A DNA stretch of 64,000 bases, from the NCBI GenBank assembly GCA_018971305.1, contig JAGXBC010000001.1, forward strand, positions 245,687 through 309,686, in the 5' to 3' direction. The translations under genes were made by a program, and so were the position numbers. Below, piece by piece: positions 24,947 to 34,618 of the stretch. The notes beneath the pieces were generated by a model that saw only the letters and a program-made list of their open reading frames with translations, had not been told where the DNA came from and ran no database searches. This stretch comes from Patescibacteria group bacterium. GTDB taxonomy: Bacteria; Patescibacteriota; Minisyncoccia; UBA6257; 2-01-FULL-56-20. The first letter of the stretch is position 1; the number at the start of each line of letters is the position of its first letter.

Positions 24947-26788
24947 TTAGTCCCAGCTTACACTGATGTCATCTTCTGTAGGGGAAAATGATTCGCTTTC
25001 CAATTCCAGTAATTCCTGCGGAATTTCAGAAAGAAATCGTGACGGGGCACCGAAGAAACTCAAAAAAAGTTTTTTCTTGGCCCGTGTCATAGCAACGTAC
25101 ATCAACCTTCGTTCTTCCTCCATCTGGTCTTCGTCTTCGTAAGACATAATATGCGGCAAAAGGCCTTCGGAAGACCCGGCAATAAAAACCCGGTCAAATT
25201 CCAACCCTTTGGCCAGATGGATCGTTGATAAATGCACCTCCGGTTGGGAATCACCCCCTCTTGAATTTTCCGTTTCTGTCACCGATTTTCCCATATCAGT
25301 TTGCTGCACGAGAGCTATCTCTTCCAGGAATTGCTGGAGATTATCAAAACCGGCGGCAAAACCAATAAGCTCGGCAATGTTCTCGCGCCTCTCTTCTGGG
25401 TTGAGAAAATTATTTTCCAGATATTCAAAATAATCGGTTGCTTTGAGAAATATTCCTATCAAATCGAGCGGCGCGCTGCTTTGCGCGGCAGCGAAACCTT
25501 CCTGGAGGTCGGCGAATTTTCTCTGCGATAGCAGTTTTTCCAGGCGTTCGCGGCTTGGCTCATCGCTTTTATTCATGGCCCATCTGAGGGCGGCGACGAT
25601 ATCCTTTATTTCTTTGCGTTCGTAGAATTTCAGGCCGCCGAAAATTTTATATGGGATTTGCCGGCGGATAAGAGCTTGTTCTATCGCGCGCGACTGCGCA
25701 TTGGTCCGATATAGTACCGCCGTTGTGCCACCCTCCGGTTCTTTAATGTTTTTCGCAATCCACTCCGCTTCCTCGTTCTCGTCGCCAGCTTCAAAAATTT
25801 TTATCGGTTCCCCCGCGGGATTTCTTGTCCAGAGATTTTTCGGCCGCCTATTGGCATTATTTTTGGAAACTTCGGCGGCTGCCGAAATTATATTGGAGGT
25901 TGAGCGATAATTTTCTTCCAAAAACGTGATTTGCGCATCAGGCCAGTCTTTTTCGAAATTTTGAAAAATTTCCATGTCGGCGTAGCGCCAGCCATAGATC
26001 AATTGTTCGTCGTCGCCGACAACGCTCAGGTTTTTGTGTGAGCCCGCAAGCAATTTTATTAATTCGTACTGTTTAGGGTTCATGTCCTGATATTCATCAA
26101 CAAGAACAGCGTCAAACCTTTTTTGATATTTATTAAGGACCTCGGGATGTTTCTTGAAAAGCCAAACAACTTTTTCTATTAAGTCGTCAAAGTCGAAAGC
26201 ATTATTGCGGATGAGGTCTTCTTCATAAAGCTCATATGCCCGAAATGCCAGCCGATTCTTCTCGTGAGAGCTTTTTTTTAGTTCTCCAATAAACGAATTT
26301 TTGTTTTTCGCGGCGGAGATCTGTCTTTTGAAGAACGCCGGCATTTCCCGGGAATCTTTTTTGGCTTCGCCGTCCCGCTCTTCGGATTTTTTCTTCGGGA
26401 CCAGCCTCCTCGCTATTTTTTTTATAAGGTCAAAAGAGTCGTGATCGTCAAAAATCGTGAAGTTCGGAGTTCTATTAAGAAGATTAGCTTCTTGCCGCAA
26501 TATTCTGGCGCCAAATGAGTGGAATGTGCCTATAAATGGTTCTGTGCCCGTGGTTCCGCGTCCTATATTCAGTCCCGTGCGATCGGCCATCTCTCTGGCG
26601 GCCTTGTTCGTAAAAGTTATGGCACAGATTTTCCCGGGAGGCATGCCTTTTTTGATAAAATATCCAATTCGGCTTGTCAGTGTGCTGGTTTTTCCAGTTC
26701 CGGCTCCGGCCACTATTAAAAGGGGCGAGTTAGGAGCTTCCGTGGCTGCTTTTTGCTGTTCGTTCAGCGTGCTGGATTTTTTTGGCAT
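24947..26788 (-). CDS. UvrD/PcrA/Rep-family ATP-dependent DNA helicase
   Basis: Walker A LLIVAGAGTGKTSTLTSR, motif II VLVDEYQDMN, and the C-terminal helicase motifs (YRST, GLEFD, VAMTRAKKKL). Confidence 0.9.
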   Translation of the reverse strand: MPKKSSTLNEQQKAATEAPNSPLLIVAGAGTGKTSTLTSRIGYFIKKGMPPGKICAITFTNKAAREMADRTGLNIGRGTTGTEPFIGTFHSFGARILRQEANLLNRTPNFTIFDDHDSFDLIKKIARRLVPKKKSEERDGEAKKDSREMPAFFKRQISAAKNKNSFIGELKKSSHEKNRLAFRAYELYEEDLIRNNAFDFDDLIEKVVWLFKKHPEVLNKYQKRFDAVLVDEYQDMNPKQYELIKLLAGSHKNLSVVGDDEQLIYGWRYADMEIFQNFEKDWPDAQITFLEENYRSTSNIISAAAEVSKNNANRRPKNLWTRNPAGEPIKIFEAGDENEEAEWIAKNIKEPEGGTTAVLYRTNAQSRAIEQALIRRQIPYKIFGGLKFYERKEIKDIVAALRWAMNKSDEPSRERLEKLLSQRKFADLQEGFAAAQSSAPLDLIGIFLKATDYFEYLENNFLNPEERRENIAELIGFAAGFDNLQQFLEEIALVQQTDMGKSVTETENSRGGDSQPEVHLSTIHLAKGLEFDRVFIAGSSEGLLPHIMSYEDEDQMEEERRLMYVAMTRAKKKLFLSFFGAPSRFLSEIPQELLELESESFSPTEDDISVSWD

Positions 26789-26956
26789 AAATGATATAGT
26801 GATTGTGTTATTAATACCATTTTAGGCCAATTAAATAAACCCCCGGCTGCTAGCGGGGGTAGTGCTTTTGAGGGCAGAAACAAGGGTTTTTCGTTTTTTT
26901 TAGCTTTTCTGTTCCGGTCACTAGCCAAAATAAAAAGTAAATTAGCTAATCCGCTT

Positions 26957-27952
26957 ATGGCCGGAGTTATTCTGGCGTCCATTCTGGTATTATCGGCGTC
27001 TTTCTCTCCGTTTCATTATTATCAACCGTCCTCGGAGGAGAGGGGAATTTTGGGCGGACCGATTGATGTTAGCGCGGAGCGGGGTGGAATTATGGATGGC
27101 TCAATTTATAGTTCAGAGCCGGTTATTACTGGTTCGGCGGTCAACAATGGTTTATATCCGCCGGATGCCGGTGTCCAAAATATGCTCATAGCTAGCGTGA
27201 GCGATCAAGGCCAGCTTGCCGGCCTTGCCTCATCTCGGAGCAATCTTCTGGACTATAAGGTACAGAAAGGAGACACTCTTTCTGGAATAGCTTCTTACTT
27301 CGGCGTTTCGCTGGACACGCTTATCAATGCCAACCCGACAATTAAGGCCAAATATTTGCAGCCGGGAGATGAATTAAACATCCTTCCTACCTCTGGCATA
27401 GTTTACACAACCAAAGAGGGAGACACGCTGGAATCAATTTCCTCTTATTTCAATATTGCCGAGGATCAAATAACCCAATTCAATTCTGCGATAAATTTCG
27501 GAGTCTTGGGTGCCGGAATCTCTCTCGTTATACCGGGAGTACATAATGTTAATGCCGCCACGGAAAATTCTCTACCCAATTATAATTCCAGTTTCGCTAT
27601 GCCCGCTAACGGTTACGACTGGGGAATATTGCATCACTATAACGCAGTAGATATCGCCGCGTCCTGCGGTACTCCGGTTAAGGCCTCGGCCGAAGGGCTC
27701 GTTGTTCCCGACGATAGTTTCGGCGATGGCACAAGCGGTTGGAATGGTGGTTATGGAGAATTCGTTCTTATAGAACACCCTTTCGGCGACAGCGTTCGCA
27801 CCCGCTACGCCCACCTGGAAAAAGTGTTAGTCAGTATCGGCGACTACGTTCAGCAGGGACAAATCATCGGCCTTATGGGTCAAACAGGCGACGCAACCGG
27901 TTGCCACGTACACTTTGAAATTTATGGAGCGCAGAATCCGTTTGCTAAGTAG
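26957..27952 (+). CDS. LysM-domain M23-family metallo-endopeptidase (cell-wall hydrolase)
   Basis: Two LysM repeats (YKVQKGDTLSGIASYFGVSLDTLINANP; YTTKEGDTLESISSYFNI). C-terminal M23 motifs HYNAVDIAA and GQTGDATGCHVHFEIY. Confidence 0.85.
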   Translation: MAGVILASILVLSASFSPFHYYQPSSEERGILGGPIDVSAERGGIMDGSIYSSEPVITGSAVNNGLYPPDAGVQNMLIASVSDQGQLAGLASSRSNLLDYKVQKGDTLSGIASYFGVSLDTLINANPTIKAKYLQPGDELNILPTSGIVYTTKEGDTLESISSYFNIAEDQITQFNSAINFGVLGAGISLVIPGVHNVNAATENSLPNYNSSFAMPANGYDWGILHHYNAVDIAASCGTPVKASAEGLVVPDDSFGDGTSGWNGGYGEFVLIEHPFGDSVRTRYAHLEKVLVSIGDYVQQGQIIGLMGQTGDATGCHVHFEIYGAQNPFAK

Positions 27953-28036
27953 TTAAATTCGATTCATCGCCGAAGGGGCGACAATGGTTTATGGCGGTCT
28001 GAGTTCCACTATCTTGGGTTCGCGAAATAAACGGAA

Positions 28037-28066
28037 AACAAAAAGAGCCGGACTATTTGGTCCGGC
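28037..28066. terminator. hairpin terminator between convergent genes (gccggac-tatttg-gtccggc)
   Basis: 7-bp GC stem with a 6-nt loop. On the minus strand it is followed by TCTTTTTGTTTTCC, so it best serves the minus gene 28100..28861. Confidence 0.5.
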
Positions 28067-28099
28067 CCATAAGTTTATTCACTTCACGGGTTTTTTGTT

Positions 28100-28861
28100 T
28101 TATTCGGATTGTTCGAGCCAACTGAATGAGAACTCGTGAAATAGCGTGAAAGCATTGAAGAGTTTCTTTATCCCAAATCTCTTCTGTAATGCTTCGCAGG
28201 TGAACCAGTAGTTGTGATGATGATCGCATATCACCACGGCATCTTTCAAGTCGGGTGGTGACAGTTCGGGCGAAAGAATTTCTTCGTCAGCCCAGAGTCT
28301 CTCTATCACTACAGGAGTAATGCCTCTGGCCTTCAGGCGCCATATCCATTGATTCGTAACCCATTCAATACGTTCAGGTTTCCGACTGATTTTATATTCA
28401 TCCGACGAGCCTTCCAGTCCTTCACTGTTGTGGTTCGCGATACACGCGCGAACCAATATAACTTTGGACGCTCCTTGGGATTGTTTCACGATCTCATCGA
28501 CGTAAATCTCGTATTTTTCAGCATCATCCTGCCGAATCACGAAAATCTGCCGATAGTGTTCGTCTCCGTACCTTCCGGTTTCCTCGTTTACCCAGGGTAC
28601 GATTTCTTGCTGTTTTTCCGTAAGTCTCATCGCGAGCCAAACTGTGCCGTCAATGAGAATACAGCAGCCATTCCGAAGATTCTCGCCATGAGCATGTTCC
28701 CAAATTTCTCCCGGCAAAAAGGGCAATTCTCTGGCAATATCTTCAATGGATGCACTGGCCGGGAATTCCCGCTTGAAAACAGTGTTCAGTTTTTCAACTT
28801 GAGCCGACAGATTTTCGTTGGCCCTGTAAATCACGATGATTTTTTCATTTTTCATAGCCAC
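28100..28861 (-). CDS. hypothetical protein (253 aa) in a compositionally atypical, higher-GC segment
   Basis: Long ORF with GC-rich codon usage (frequent GAG, CGC, CTG, GCC) unlike its neighbours. CDHHHNYW near the C-terminus. No family recognised. Confidence 0.45.
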   Translation of the reverse strand: MAMKNEKIIVIYRANENLSAQVEKLNTVFKREFPASASIEDIARELPFLPGEIWEHAHGENLRNGCCILIDGTVWLAMRLTEKQQEIVPWVNEETGRYGDEHYRQIFVIRQDDAEKYEIYVDEIVKQSQGASKVILVRACIANHNSEGLEGSSDEYKISRKPERIEWVTNQWIWRLKARGITPVVIERLWADEEILSPELSPPDLKDAVVICDHHHNYWFTCEALQKRFGIKKLFNAFTLFHEFSFSWLEQSE

Positions 28862-29093
28862 TCTCCATTCCCGCCTGCCGTTTCCGGTCAGGACTTATAG
28901 GTTTTGATTTTCAAAGAACTTTCGGGTTATTCACCCTTTTTGAAATGACCAATTCTCAATCATCTCAAAAAGGGTGGCGTGTTTGGTTAAAACGCGCCGA
29001 GTTTTATAAGAATAGCCGGGGCGGGTCGTGAGTTGGGGGTGGGATCTGTGGAGATTTTACCTCACCCCCATTCTAAGCTTTTGATTCCAGTTG

Positions 29094-29315
29094 CTATTTG
29101 ATTCGTCCGGCAATTATGCCGTCAATCCATGGCACTATGACGCCCACCGGCATTTCAATGTCGGCGAGACATAGAGAACGCAGTCTCTGTAAGCAAGTCA
29201 TTCGTGTTGGTTCGGGAAGCCGATGGGCATATATTGCTGCTTTCTGATACCCCTCGACCTCAAGGATTTCTTCCATCCGCTTAATTTCTTCGTATGGGCT
29301 GACATTCATTGTCAT
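29094..29315 (-). CDS. small hypothetical protein (73 aa)
   Basis: ORF MTMNVSPYEEIKRMEEILEVEGYQ... with a GGGGGTG/CACCCCC hairpin immediately downstream (29033-29070). Same atypical composition as 28100..28861. Confidence 0.3.
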   Translation of the reverse strand: MTMNVSPYEEIKRMEEILEVEGYQKAAIYAHRLPEPTRMTCLQRLRSLCLADIEMPVGVIVPWIDGIIAGRIK

Positions 29316-29459
29316 GGCAAGCTCCTTTTCGGTTTTTGGTTTGTAGATATTATTCGATGTTCTACGTATATAATAACAAGTAATTTAACTAATGTCAAGT
29401 ATATTTGATGATAAAATATATGATAAAATAATATTGCAAATAAATATTAATCTGCTATA

Positions 29460-30227
29460 ATGTCAATAATGCTTGATGAAATAAATTCGAAAAAACTAAA
29501 TAGGGAACTCCAAGCACTCGGTTTAGACCGAAAATCCGCGGCGGTTTATATGTCGCTTTTGCACCTCGGCGAGGTCGGAAGTTCAAAAATTATCAATGAT
29601 ACCGACCTGCATGGGCAATACGTGTATCAGTCGCTCGAAAAATTGGAAAAAATGGGATTGGCTCAGCACATTATCAAGCGCGGGCGCAAAAAATTCACGG
29701 CAAAATCCCCTTCCGTTCTTGTGAAGCTAGCGGAGGAGCAAAAAATTCAAGCCGAGAAGCTGGCCGGAGAACTCAATAAATTGATGATCCTGCCGCCTGA
29801 GCAAACATTTGAGATCTACCAGGGCAGCGAATCATATATTTCGCACGAATTCGATCTGATAAACCGCGCGCCAGAAAATTGTGAGTTACTGATAATCGGC
29901 GGTTCCGGTGATAAGTTCAATGATGAAATGGGTGAACGCCTAAAGGAATATACAGGTATCCAATTCAAAAAAAATATTTCAATGAGGTATATCGGCTCTG
30001 AAGATCAGCGAGCAGCTATGCCTCAAATGCACGGCCCGCGGCGGAATTTCAAAATCCGTTATTTACCCGGGCTTTTTACGGGGCAGGTCAATACGAATCT
30101 TTGGCCGGACATATTGGGTTTCAATATCTACGGCGAGCCTGTGACGAGGTTTACGATATCAAGCAAAATTGTCGCCGAAAGCTACAAGCAATTTTTCGAA
30201 ACACTCTGGGGGTTGGCGAAAGAATAA
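29460..30227 (+). CDS. TrmB-like winged-HTH transcriptional regulator
   Basis: N-terminus LGLDRKSAAVYMSLLHLGEVGSSKIINDTDLHGQYVYQSLEKLEKMGLAQ matches the TrmB-family HTH (LGLSEYEAKVYLALL..G..TASEIA...). An AT-rich promoter region lies upstream. Confidence 0.5.
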   Translation: MSIMLDEINSKKLNRELQALGLDRKSAAVYMSLLHLGEVGSSKIINDTDLHGQYVYQSLEKLEKMGLAQHIIKRGRKKFTAKSPSVLVKLAEEQKIQAEKLAGELNKLMILPPEQTFEIYQGSESYISHEFDLINRAPENCELLIIGGSGDKFNDEMGERLKEYTGIQFKKNISMRYIGSEDQRAAMPQMHGPRRNFKIRYLPGLFTGQVNTNLWPDILGFNIYGEPVTRFTISSKIVAESYKQFFETLWGLAKE

Positions 30228-30243
30228 CCCGCGCAAGGCATGG

Positions 30244-30759
30244 TTAATGTTTATCAGGAATAATATATAATCGCACGCCATTTTCCGATTCGACCTCCTT
30301 TAAATTAGGGAAAGCATAAATATTTGATATCACCTTTGTTCCGGGCGCGAGCTCGGTTTTTAATTTCTCTCCCAATTTTTTCATAATTCTCGGATATCCA
30401 TAAACAACGACAGTACTGTATTTATTGAGGTTTTCCTTCCAGTAGCTTTTCCAGTAGATAAAGGCTTTTTTCTGTAGATTCTCGAGTTTTATTTCCCGCC
30501 GGGAATACCAAACAAGCAGCGGGTTTATTTCGTAGCCATAGGCCTTTGCCCCTGATTTCGCGAGCGCTGTAACAATTCTGCCATCTCCGGAACCGAGGTC
30601 GGCGACCCTGTCCCCAACCTTAGGTTCTATAAATTTTATAATGGTTTCTATATTCGCCCGCTTAGTGGGGAAATACGCTGCGCCTTTTATAATCGGCCGC
30701 ACGAGGAGATAAATAATCGCAATGATTATTACACTGGTAAAAATATAAACAATCAGCAT
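30244..30759 (-). CDS. class I SAM-dependent methyltransferase with an N-terminal TM anchor
   Basis: Motif I VADLGSGDGRIVTALAKSG, motif post-I YGYEINP. N-terminus MLIVYIFTSVIIIAIIYLL is hydrophobic. Confidence 0.55.
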   Translation of the reverse strand: MLIVYIFTSVIIIAIIYLLVRPIIKGAAYFPTKRANIETIIKFIEPKVGDRVADLGSGDGRIVTALAKSGAKAYGYEINPLLVWYSRREIKLENLQKKAFIYWKSYWKENLNKYSTVVVYGYPRIMKKLGEKLKTELAPGTKVISNIYAFPNLKEVESENGVRLYIIPDKH

Positions 30760-30760
30760 T

Positions 30761-32308
30761 CTATATTTCTTCTCTCAGTCTATAGCTGAACGCTTCCGCC
30801 AAATGTTCCACGGCAACCACATCTTTTGATTCCAAGTCAGCGATAGTGCGGGCGGTTTTGAGCAGTCGGTAATAGCCGCGCGGCGAAAGACGCGAACGGT
30901 CTAGTGTTTCCAAAAACTTTTCCGCGCCCGGTTCGAATTTGATCAAATCCTCCGTTTGCTTAGAGCTCATTTCCGAGTTTGTGGAAATTTTTTGCGTGGC
31001 GCGATGCGTGGTGAATCTCTCTGCCTGAATTTTTCTCACACGTTCCACCTTCTTTTTTATTTCGGGGCTCTGTGGTTCCAGATTTTTCTTCTCTCTTAGC
31101 TCGGCTATTTTTACGCGCGGAACTTTTACCTGCAGGTCTATTCTGTCCAAGAGCGGACCAGAAATTTTCTTCTGATATCGGATCACTTCGTAGGCGCTGC
31201 AGCGGCATTCTTTTTCTGGATCACCGTAGTATCCGCAGGGGCAGGGATTCATAGCGGCAACTAGAGAAAATTTTGCCGGGAAAGAAATCGTGTTCTTGGC
31301 GCGGGCCACCCTTACAACTCCAGATTCCAGGGGTTGGCGCAATGCCTCCAGAATATTTTTCTGAAACTCCGGAACTTCGTCCAGAAATAATATTCCCCTA
31401 TGCGCTAAACTGATCTCTCCTGGTTTGGGATCGGTGCCGCCGCCGATGACCGCGACAACAGATGCTGTCTGGTGCGGAGAGCGGAACGGCCGCTGGCTAA
31501 CGAGACCGCCAGAACTTAAGCCAGCGGCACTGTAAATACGTGTAATCTCTATCGCTTCGTTTAACGACAAACTAGGTAAAATGCCGATTAAGGCTTGCGC
31601 CATAAGGCTTTTCCCTACACCTGGCGGACCAGTCATCAACAGGTTATGCCCACCGGCAGCGGCGATGGTCAAGGCCCGCTTAGCGTTCTCCTGGCCCTTG
31701 ATCTCGGAAAAATCCGGAGAAGAAATTTCCTCTGATTGTATTGGTCTGAACTCAGCCGACTTGATAGATTTTCTTCCTTCTAGGAAATCTATGGCATCTT
31801 GGATTGTTTCTAGTGGTATAACTTTTATATTTTTAATGACGGCGGCCTCATTGGCATTCTCGTGCGGTAAAAATAAATATTCAAAACCTGATTTCTCGGC
31901 AAGCTCGGCAATGTTTAACCCCCCATTCGCCGGCCGCAGGCGTCCATCAAGCGCCAATTCCCCGATAAAAATTTTATTTTTAGCGTCAAACTCTTTTATC
32001 TGTTTAGTGGCAGCCAAATATCCGATGGCGATAGCCAAGTCATATTGTGAGCCGGCTTTTTTTACATCCGCCGGCGCGAGATTCACGGTAATTTTTCTGT
32101 TTTCCCTGTTCGGCGGCTTGATGCCGGAATTTTTTAAAGCAGAGTTCACTCTTTCCTTAGCTTCGTTCAGTGCTTTGTCGGCGAGACCGACGATATTAAA
32201 AGCATGAAGGCCGACGTTCAGGTCGACCTCTACTTCTATTAATTTTGCTTTTATTCCTTCCAGCTCTGCAGAATAGACCCGTGCGAGATTTTTTAACATT
32301 TTACGCAA
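30761..32308 (-). CDS. comM: YifB/ComM-family Mg-chelatase-like AAA+ ATPase
   Basis: N-terminal Lon-like domain. Walker A LLMTGPPGVGKSLMA, ILFLDEVPEF, and the C-terminal ComM domain with a Cys cluster (CPCGYYGDPEKECRCS). Confidence 0.85.
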   Translation of the reverse strand: MRKMLKNLARVYSAELEGIKAKLIEVEVDLNVGLHAFNIVGLADKALNEAKERVNSALKNSGIKPPNRENRKITVNLAPADVKKAGSQYDLAIAIGYLAATKQIKEFDAKNKIFIGELALDGRLRPANGGLNIAELAEKSGFEYLFLPHENANEAAVIKNIKVIPLETIQDAIDFLEGRKSIKSAEFRPIQSEEISSPDFSEIKGQENAKRALTIAAAGGHNLLMTGPPGVGKSLMAQALIGILPSLSLNEAIEITRIYSAAGLSSGGLVSQRPFRSPHQTASVVAVIGGGTDPKPGEISLAHRGILFLDEVPEFQKNILEALRQPLESGVVRVARAKNTISFPAKFSLVAAMNPCPCGYYGDPEKECRCSAYEVIRYQKKISGPLLDRIDLQVKVPRVKIAELREKKNLEPQSPEIKKKVERVRKIQAERFTTHRATQKISTNSEMSSKQTEDLIKFEPGAEKFLETLDRSRLSPRGYYRLLKTARTIADLESKDVVAVEHLAEAFSYRLREEI

Positions 32309-32335
32309 ACGCCAGTTTAATCGATTACAAATTTC

Positions 32336-32671
32336 TTATTTAGCGGCGGTTTTACAATTTTGGCACAACCGTGACTCTGGGGACACAGACAGTACTTTAT
32401 CACCTATTTCCCCTCCGCAGTTTTCACAGATACCATATTTACCATTTGTTATTTTTTCCAACGCCTCGTTTATTTCTTCTAGGCGGTTTTTAAAATCCTG
32501 GTCAAGCGCCAGTTGGTTGGTCATTTCCTCGGCTTCGTCAGCCTCTTCGTCATAGTGATCTACGTCGTTTCCAAAATCTTCCGGTTTAATATCCTTTTTT
32601 AATCTAGCAAGAATATTATCTCGTTCGGTCTCAAGCCTTGTTTTATATTCTCGTATTTTAGTTTGGTCCAT
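32336..32671 (-). CDS. DksA/TraR-family C4 zinc-finger protein
   Basis: Coiled-coil N-terminus. C-terminal CENCGGEIGDKVLSVSPESRLCQNCK (CxxC-x17-CxxC). Confidence 0.6.
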   Translation of the reverse strand: MDQTKIREYKTRLETERDNILARLKKDIKPEDFGNDVDHYDEEADEAEEMTNQLALDQDFKNRLEEINEALEKITNGKYGICENCGGEIGDKVLSVSPESRLCQNCKTAAK

Positions 32672-32867
32672 TTGTTTACTTAAGATTATTAGGTAGGCGG
32701 AGGCAAGTCAATGCCTTGATTGGTGGTTTTATCTAACTGGATATCAGGTGAAGGTAGATTGACAACCAACAAGTTTATTCCTTGTATAAGTATTTTTAGC
32801 AATCTTATTCTCTTGAGATGTTAATAATTATTTAAACAATGCGGCAATAATATACGGCAAAACCAAT

Positions 32868-33116
32868 AAACGTTGAAAATAGCCGTTGCCGCATTATATG
32901 ACAAACATTTTTGTTTATCAACAATAAAATTAATAATCTATTAATATAATCCAATAGCGTTGAAAAATATAGATTTAAGTAAAAATATCGTATGAAAAGT
33001 TTGGCGACAAACAATATTTAGCATAAAATAGTTATTATCTTTTAAATATTTATGATTAAAAATGTTTATCGCCAAACATAGCAAATAAAAGATACTATGT
33101 TTGGCGATAAACAAAG
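32868..33116. promoter_or_regulatory. AT-rich intergenic region with repeated palindromic 16-mers (TGTTTATCGCCAAACA / TGTTTGGCGATAAACA, TTTGGCGACAAACA, TGACAAACATTTTTGTTTATCA) upstream of yraN
   Basis: Read directly: 32889-32911 gacaaacatttttgtttatc (self-palindrome), 33000-33014 tttggcgacaaacaa, 33062-33077 tgtttatcgccaaaca, 33098-33113 tgtttggcgataaaca. Confidence 0.4.
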
Positions 33117-33156
33117 ACATTGTTCTAGGGCGTCCTCCGTGATAGTCTTTTAATCA

Positions 33157-33534
33157 ATGGCCGAGCATAATATTGTTGGTAAAATTGGTGAAAATTTTGC
33201 CTGTGAATATATTATTAAAAAAGGATATAAGATTTTATATCGAAATTATAAAGAAAAATGGGATGAAATAGATATCATAGCAAAAAATAGAGATGGGACC
33301 GTGGTATTTTTTGAGGTCAAGACAATAAAGAATTATAAGGATAGTGATGATCATATTGTCCCCGAGGACAATATGACAGAATCCAAATTGGCTAAGATTT
33401 CTAGGGCATGTCAGATGTTTGCCGCCAAACATTCAGAATTAGTCATTGAAGATAAGGGTTGGCAAATAGATCTTCTTGCCTTGACAATTAAAGATGATAA
33501 TTGTATAATTAAACATTATGAGAATATCGCCTAA
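33157..33534 (+). CDS. yraN: YraN/UPF0102-family endonuclease
   Basis: GENFACEYIIKKGYKILYRNYKEKWDEIDIIAKNRDGTVVFFEVKT matches the YraN core (GE..A..YL...G..IL.RN.R...GEIDLIA.....LVFVEVK.R). Confidence 0.65.
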   Translation: MAEHNIVGKIGENFACEYIIKKGYKILYRNYKEKWDEIDIIAKNRDGTVVFFEVKTIKNYKDSDDHIVPEDNMTESKLAKISRACQMFAAKHSELVIEDKGWQIDLLALTIKDDNCIIKHYENIA

Positions 33535-33551
33535 GATATTAATCTAAAGAA

Positions 33552-34493
33552 ATGGAAGAATTAAATGGTAAAAACTTGGATAATAAAAAAGAATACCCCG
33601 CCGAGTCGGGCGTAAGTTTTGATAAATTTGTTGAGGGCGGTATAGAGATATCTTTGGCGCACATAAGAGATAATTATGAAAATAGAAAAAACCCCCTTGA
33701 AAATTTAGCATTCCATAACACCGGACATACAAAGACCATAGTGAGACGCGTTGACAAAATTCTTGAAGCGCTTGGGGCGGATACGAGAACAAGAAGCCTC
33801 GGGAGGTTATTTGCCGGTGGTCATGACACGGTGCAAAATTGGGAAGCCAAAACTGCCGAGAACGGCAACATAGTAAGAGATCGTTCCCCGTTTCCTAACG
33901 AGCGGGATAGTTTCAGAATGATTGGAGATTATATGGAAGCGGTTAATAAGAACGAGGGGAGAGAAATTTTTACCGAAGAAGATATAGCGCTCGGTGATGA
34001 AGCTATCATGGCGACAAAGGCAAGCGGTCCGGGAAGTTGGGACAGTGAGCGCGGTACGGTTATACAGCAGAACCTCAATGAAAAATCATCCCTACTGGCC
34101 CGCGTTTTGGCGCTTGCTGACATTGGCGGTGCCGGAATGGATGGAGGGAAACAGTTTATCTATGAAGGCAATACTTTTTTCCGAGAAGATAACCTTGATA
34201 TCTTAGATGTAATGAGTCATGCGGAAAAATTATCCGCGCTTACCGATGAACAAAAAGAGTCATTACGGAAAAGGATGATTTCTTGGGGTGTTTCCCAGCA
34301 GAAATTTGCCGAAGGAAGAATGGCTAGGTTTGAAATGGAAATTGCCGGCTTAACCGAAAAAGAAAAAGACGTTCTGAGAAAAGAAATTTTTAACAAATTT
34401 GATAATTCTATAGAGGCCGTTAAAAATAAGGCTAGCGAGCGGGAATCTATGGGTTTTGAAGAATTAGCGAGGGATTTTGGTTATACAATATAA
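33552..34493 (+). CDS. hypothetical protein, possibly HD-domain phosphohydrolase-like
   Basis: Spaced H ... HD ... D residues (LAFHNTGHT, FAGGHDTV, LALADIGG). Weak family assignment. Confidence 0.35.
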   Translation: MEELNGKNLDNKKEYPAESGVSFDKFVEGGIEISLAHIRDNYENRKNPLENLAFHNTGHTKTIVRRVDKILEALGADTRTRSLGRLFAGGHDTVQNWEAKTAENGNIVRDRSPFPNERDSFRMIGDYMEAVNKNEGREIFTEEDIALGDEAIMATKASGPGSWDSERGTVIQQNLNEKSSLLARVLALADIGGAGMDGGKQFIYEGNTFFREDNLDILDVMSHAEKLSALTDEQKESLRKRMISWGVSQQKFAEGRMARFEMEIAGLTEKEKDVLRKEIFNKFDNSIEAVKNKASERESMGFEELARDFGYTI

Positions 34494-34618
34494 TATCACC
34501 ATGACAGCGTGTTGACTTCTGCCGTGGTTCACATATAATTAATTAAACATCCGCTTTTTAAGCGGATTGCGTCGTTTTTAAGGGAGTCAAATTAAAGGTT
34601 ATAATTTATATATAGAAG

